DNA of 64,000 nucleotides from an uncultured Thermoleophilia bacterium. Its GTDB lineage: Bacteria; Actinomycetota; Thermoleophilia; UBA2241. The position numbers and the translations under genes were made by a program. Positions 61,264-64,000 of this stretch are shown piece by piece (the stretch's first letter is position 1; each line of letters begins with the position of its first letter). The notes beneath the pieces were generated by a model. The model did not search any database and was not told the DNA's origin. It worked only from the letters and a program-made list of their open reading frames with translations. The stretch covers positions 6,916 to 70,915 of the forward strand of contig CAVTKL010000009.1 in assembly GCA_963735345.1 (NCBI GenBank). The letters run 5' to 3'.

Positions 61264-61264
61264 C

Positions 61265-62233
61265 ATGGCGACGAACGACGGGAGCAGTGTCTCGGTGACG
61301 GACGAGCGCGAGATCATCGTCGAGGTCAAGGACCTGCACAAGTACTTCGGCAGGAACGAAGTACTCAAAGGCATCGACCTTGTCGTCCGCAGGGGCGAGG
61401 TGGTCGTACTCATCGGCCCCTCGGGTTCGGGCAAGAGCACCTTCCTGCGCTGCCTGAACTTCCTCGAGGATCCGACGACGGGCGAGATCACGGTCGGCGG
61501 AGTGCATGTCGTCTGCGGCAGCCATGGGAGCACCTTCAAGAAGGCGGTGCACCAGATCCGCATGAAGTGCGGCATGGTGTTCCAGGAGTTCAATCTGTTT
61601 CCCCACAAGGACGCCACCGAGAACGTCATCGAGGGGCCTATCCTGGTGCGCGGAGAGAAGAAGGCCGACGCCATCGCCAAGGCGCACGATCTCCTGACGA
61701 AGGTCGGCCTTGCTGAGCGCATCGACTACTTCCCCAGCCAGCTCTCCGGCGGCCAGAAGCAGCGCGTCGCGATCGCCCGGGCCATGGCCATGGAGCCCGT
61801 CCTGATGCTCTTCGACGAGCCGACGAGCGCTCTCGACCCCGAGCTGATCGGTGAGGTCCTCAAGGTCATGAAGGACCTCGCCAAGCAGGGCATGACCATG
61901 ATCGTCGTCAGCCACGAGATGGGCTTCAGTCGCGATGTGGCCGACCGCGTCGTGTACATGGACGCCGGCGTCTTCATCGAGGAGGGGCCGCCCAACGAGG
62001 TGTTCTTCCACCCGCAGGACGAGCGCACGAAACGCTTTCTGCGGCACATCCTGCCCGAGCAGGAGCCCCAGCATGCGAAGGAGCTCGGTATCGTGGAGGT
62101 CGACCAGGAGCTGCCAGATCCCGGGGCAGTCGGGTCACAGGGGTCTGCGGCCGACGCGGCCATCCCGGAGATCCCAACCGGACAGGGCGCGGCAGGCGAG
62201 TTGCCTCTCCCGCCCGGCGACGAGATGCTCTAG
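61265..62233 (+). CDS. amino-acid ABC transporter ATP-binding protein with a C-terminal extension
   Basis: Walker [10 protein letters not shown], signature [14 protein letters not shown], Walker [13 protein letters not shown]. About 70 extra acidic/Pro-rich C-terminal residues. Confidence 0.9.
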   Translation: MATNDGSSVSVTDEREIIVEVKDLHKYFGRNEVLKGIDLVVRRGEVVVLIGPSGSGKSTFLRCLNFLEDPTTGEITVGGVHVVCGSHGSTFKKAVHQIRMKCGMVFQEFNLFPHKDATENVIEGPILVRGEKKADAIAKAHDLLTKVGLAERIDYFPSQLSGGQKQRVAIARAMAMEPVLMLFDEPTSALDPELIGEVLKVMKDLAKQGMTMIVVSHEMGFSRDVADRVVYMDAGVFIEEGPPNEVFFHPQDERTKRFLRHILPEQEPQHAKELGIVEVDQELPDPGAVGSQGSAADAAIPEIPTGQGAAGELPLPPGDEML

Positions 62234-62242
62234 GCGAGTCGA

Positions 62243-62707
62243 CTAGGAGCGCTTGTTCAGCGCGGCTTCGATCCGTGCGAGGCGCTCGTCGATCTGGCGC
62301 AATTGCTCCGCGGACGGAGCGTCGTCGTCGGGGGGCTGCTGATCTTGGCGCGTCCGGGTCACCAGCGAGCTGGTGATCGAGGCGGTGATCACCGTGATGA
62401 ACCCGATGCCGAGCAACATGACAAGCGCTGCCAGGATCTGGCCGGCGCCCGTCGTCGGGACGTGGTCGCCGTAGCCGACCGTGGTGACTGTCTGCACGCC
62501 CCACCAGAGCCCAGAGCCCAGCGAGGGGAAGTGCTCGCGGTCGATGACCGTCATGAGCAGGCCCGCGACGATCGTGATCGAGGTCGTGACGCTGGCGATG
62601 ACGATCGCCGCCCCTCGAGGCTTCGCGGCGCGGGCAATCCGCCGGTCGAGCCAGCGCTCGCTTCTGCTCTCCGGTTCCATGACCGTAGGGTTCGCGATGG
62701 CGGCCAC
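62243..62707 (-). CDS. small 2-TM potassium channel (Ion_trans_2 family)
   Basis: K+ selectivity filter TTVGYGD between two TM helices. GTG start. Confidence 0.8.
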   Translation of the reverse strand: MAAIANPTVMEPESRSERWLDRRIARAAKPRGAAIVIASVTTSITIVAGLLMTVIDREHFPSLGSGLWWGVQTVTTVGYGDHVPTTGAGQILAALVMLLGIGFITVITASITSSLVTRTRQDQQPPDDDAPSAEQLRQIDERLARIEAALNKRS

Positions 62708-62811
62708 CAGTCCTGCCGCGCACGGCAGGACTGGCTCGCGGCTGGTACGTAAGGGTAGTAGAGTCGGTGGCCGTGGTGCGGGGACCGCAGGAGAGCGAAG
62801 CAGAAGGTGGC

Positions 62812-64000
62812 ATGAACTCGGCCCGACTGACGATCTGGGACGACGCGGCTTGCAGGCGCGTGCACGAAGCGACGCTGGACGTGCTCGGCGACACAGGCAT
62901 CGAGGTGCGCTATGCGCCGGCGCTCACCGTCTTCGCGAAGGCCGGCGCAGAGGTCGAGGGCACACGCGTGCGCATCCCGGCCACGCTGATCAACCGCGCC
63001 ATCAAGAGCGCTCCGCGTGACTGGACGCTGAAGTCACGCGGCGGAGACACTGCGCCGCTTGTCCTCGACGCTCACCACAGCTACTGCGGTACGGGCAGCG
63101 ATGTGCTCTACGTCCGCGACCCCGACACGCGCGAGCGCCGTCGCGCGCGCAAAGCCGACATCGAGGGCATGGCCGCGCTCTGCGAGAAGCTCCCCCACAT
63201 CGATTTCGTGATGAGCATGGGTCTGCCTGAGGATGTGCCGCAGGCCATCGACGATCTCGCCCAAGTCGACGCCATGGTGCGCGGCACGCGCAAGCCGCTG
63301 CTTGTCGCGGCACGCGATGGCCACGTCCTCGTCAAGCTCAAGGAGATGGCGGCGCTGGCCGGCGAGGTCGACAGCTTCGGCATCTATGCGATGCCCGTGC
63401 CGCCTCTCATGATCGACGAGGATGGCGCGAGCAAGGTGATCGCCTGCGCCGAACTCGACATCCCGTTGATCTGGGCGCCGGCGCCGGCCGCGGGGACCAC
63501 GGCGCCGGCCAGCATCACCTCGGTGATCGTGGTCGCCAACGCCGAGGTGCTCGCCGGCCTCGTGCTGAGTCAGGCTGTCAAGCCGGGTGCTCCCTTCGTG
63601 TGGGGCGTCGGTGCGGGAGCCATGAACATGCGCACCATGAACGAGGTGTACTCTTCGGCTGGTCCCGTGCAGGGCTATCAGGCACAGACCGACTTGGCGC
63701 GTTGGTACGACCTGCCCAGCTTCAGCTATGCGGCACACTCCGACAGCAAGACCCTCGATGAGCAATGGGGAGTGGAGAGCGCCATCACGACCGTCACCGG
63801 CCTGCTCTCGCGCGCGACACTGTTGCACGACGTCGGGTACCTGGAGGCCGGCCTGCAGAGCAGCTACGAGTCGATCTTGCTCGGCAACGAGCTCGTCGGC
63901 TACACGAAGGCGTTCATGAGCGAACTCAGGGTGGACGACGAGGCGCTGGCGCTTGACGAGATCAAGGCCGTCGGGCCGGGCGGCAGTCATCTGGCCCGGC
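62812..64000 (+). CDS. second MttB-superfamily corrinoid methyltransferase (3'-truncated by the window end)
   Basis: ATG 62812 after GAAGGTGG. MNSARLTIWDDAACRRVHEATLDVLGDTGIEVRYAP parallels the N-terminus of the first copy. The frame stays open for 396 codons to the window edge, with no stop, so it is absent from the ORF track. Confidence 0.75.
   Translation, partial: MNSARLTIWDDAACRRVHEATLDVLGDTGIEVRYAPALTVFAKAGAEVEGTRVRIPATLINRAIKSAPRDWTLKSRGGDTAPLVLDAHHSYCGTGSDVLYVRDPDTRERRRARKADIEGMAALCEKLPHIDFVMSMGLPEDVPQAIDDLAQVDAMVRGTRKPLLVAARDGHVLVKLKEMAALAGEVDSFGIYAMPVPPLMIDEDGASKVIACAELDIPLIWAPAPAAGTTAPASITSVIVVANAEVLAGLVLSQAVKPGAPFVWGVGAGAMNMRTMNEVYSSAGPVQGYQAQTDLARWYDLPSFSYAAHSDSKTLDEQWGVESAITTVTGLLSRATLLHDVGYLEAGLQSSYESILLGNELVGYTKAFMSELRVDDEALALDEIKAVGPGGSHLAR

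Overview
High-GC (roughly 68-70% by eye) bacterial chromosomal segment covering the replication-origin neighbourhood. The minus strand carries dnaA - dnaN - a hidden yaaA/rlbA-like S4 gene - recF - dciA(DUF721) - gyrB - gyrA. DnaA-box clusters lie both in the dnaN/dnaA gap and about 1 kb upstream of dnaA. Between that upstream cluster and dnaA sits an unusual GHKL-ATPase+wHTH gene. rsmG-parA-parB lie about 19 kb downstream of gyrA instead of upstream of dnaA. The rest of the window, in order: a partial accD plus a fabZ-fabH-fabD-fabG-fabF operon headed by an ECF sigma/ZAS anti-sigma pair; a heterodimeric ABC exporter; an MMPL transporter; a NUDIX/MBL/MscS/glycosyltransferase membrane-glycosylation locus; two radical SAM genes (one of AmmeMemoRadiSam type, fused in an operon with an RsbW-like kinase); an OmpR/HK two-component system; HtrA; L-lysine fermentation genes (kamD-kamE-thiolase-kdd) with an uncharacterised P-loop gene; tRNA-Ala(CGC); an orphan hypA; a CDF transporter; trpS; a 2-hydroxyacid dehydrogenase; a DUF2202 gene split by an in-frame TGA; a TPP riboswitch with thiT-thiN; moeA; a class-E sortase; and two MttB-superfamily methyltransferase genes (one frameshifted, one running off the window end) flanking an amino-acid-type ABC importer and a small K+ channel gene. 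No rRNA, CRISPR array, transposase or integrase was seen. Start codons were refined by eye (RBS, 4-nt overlaps, homology to remembered family N-termini). Coordinates of non-ORF features are accurate to a few nt only.
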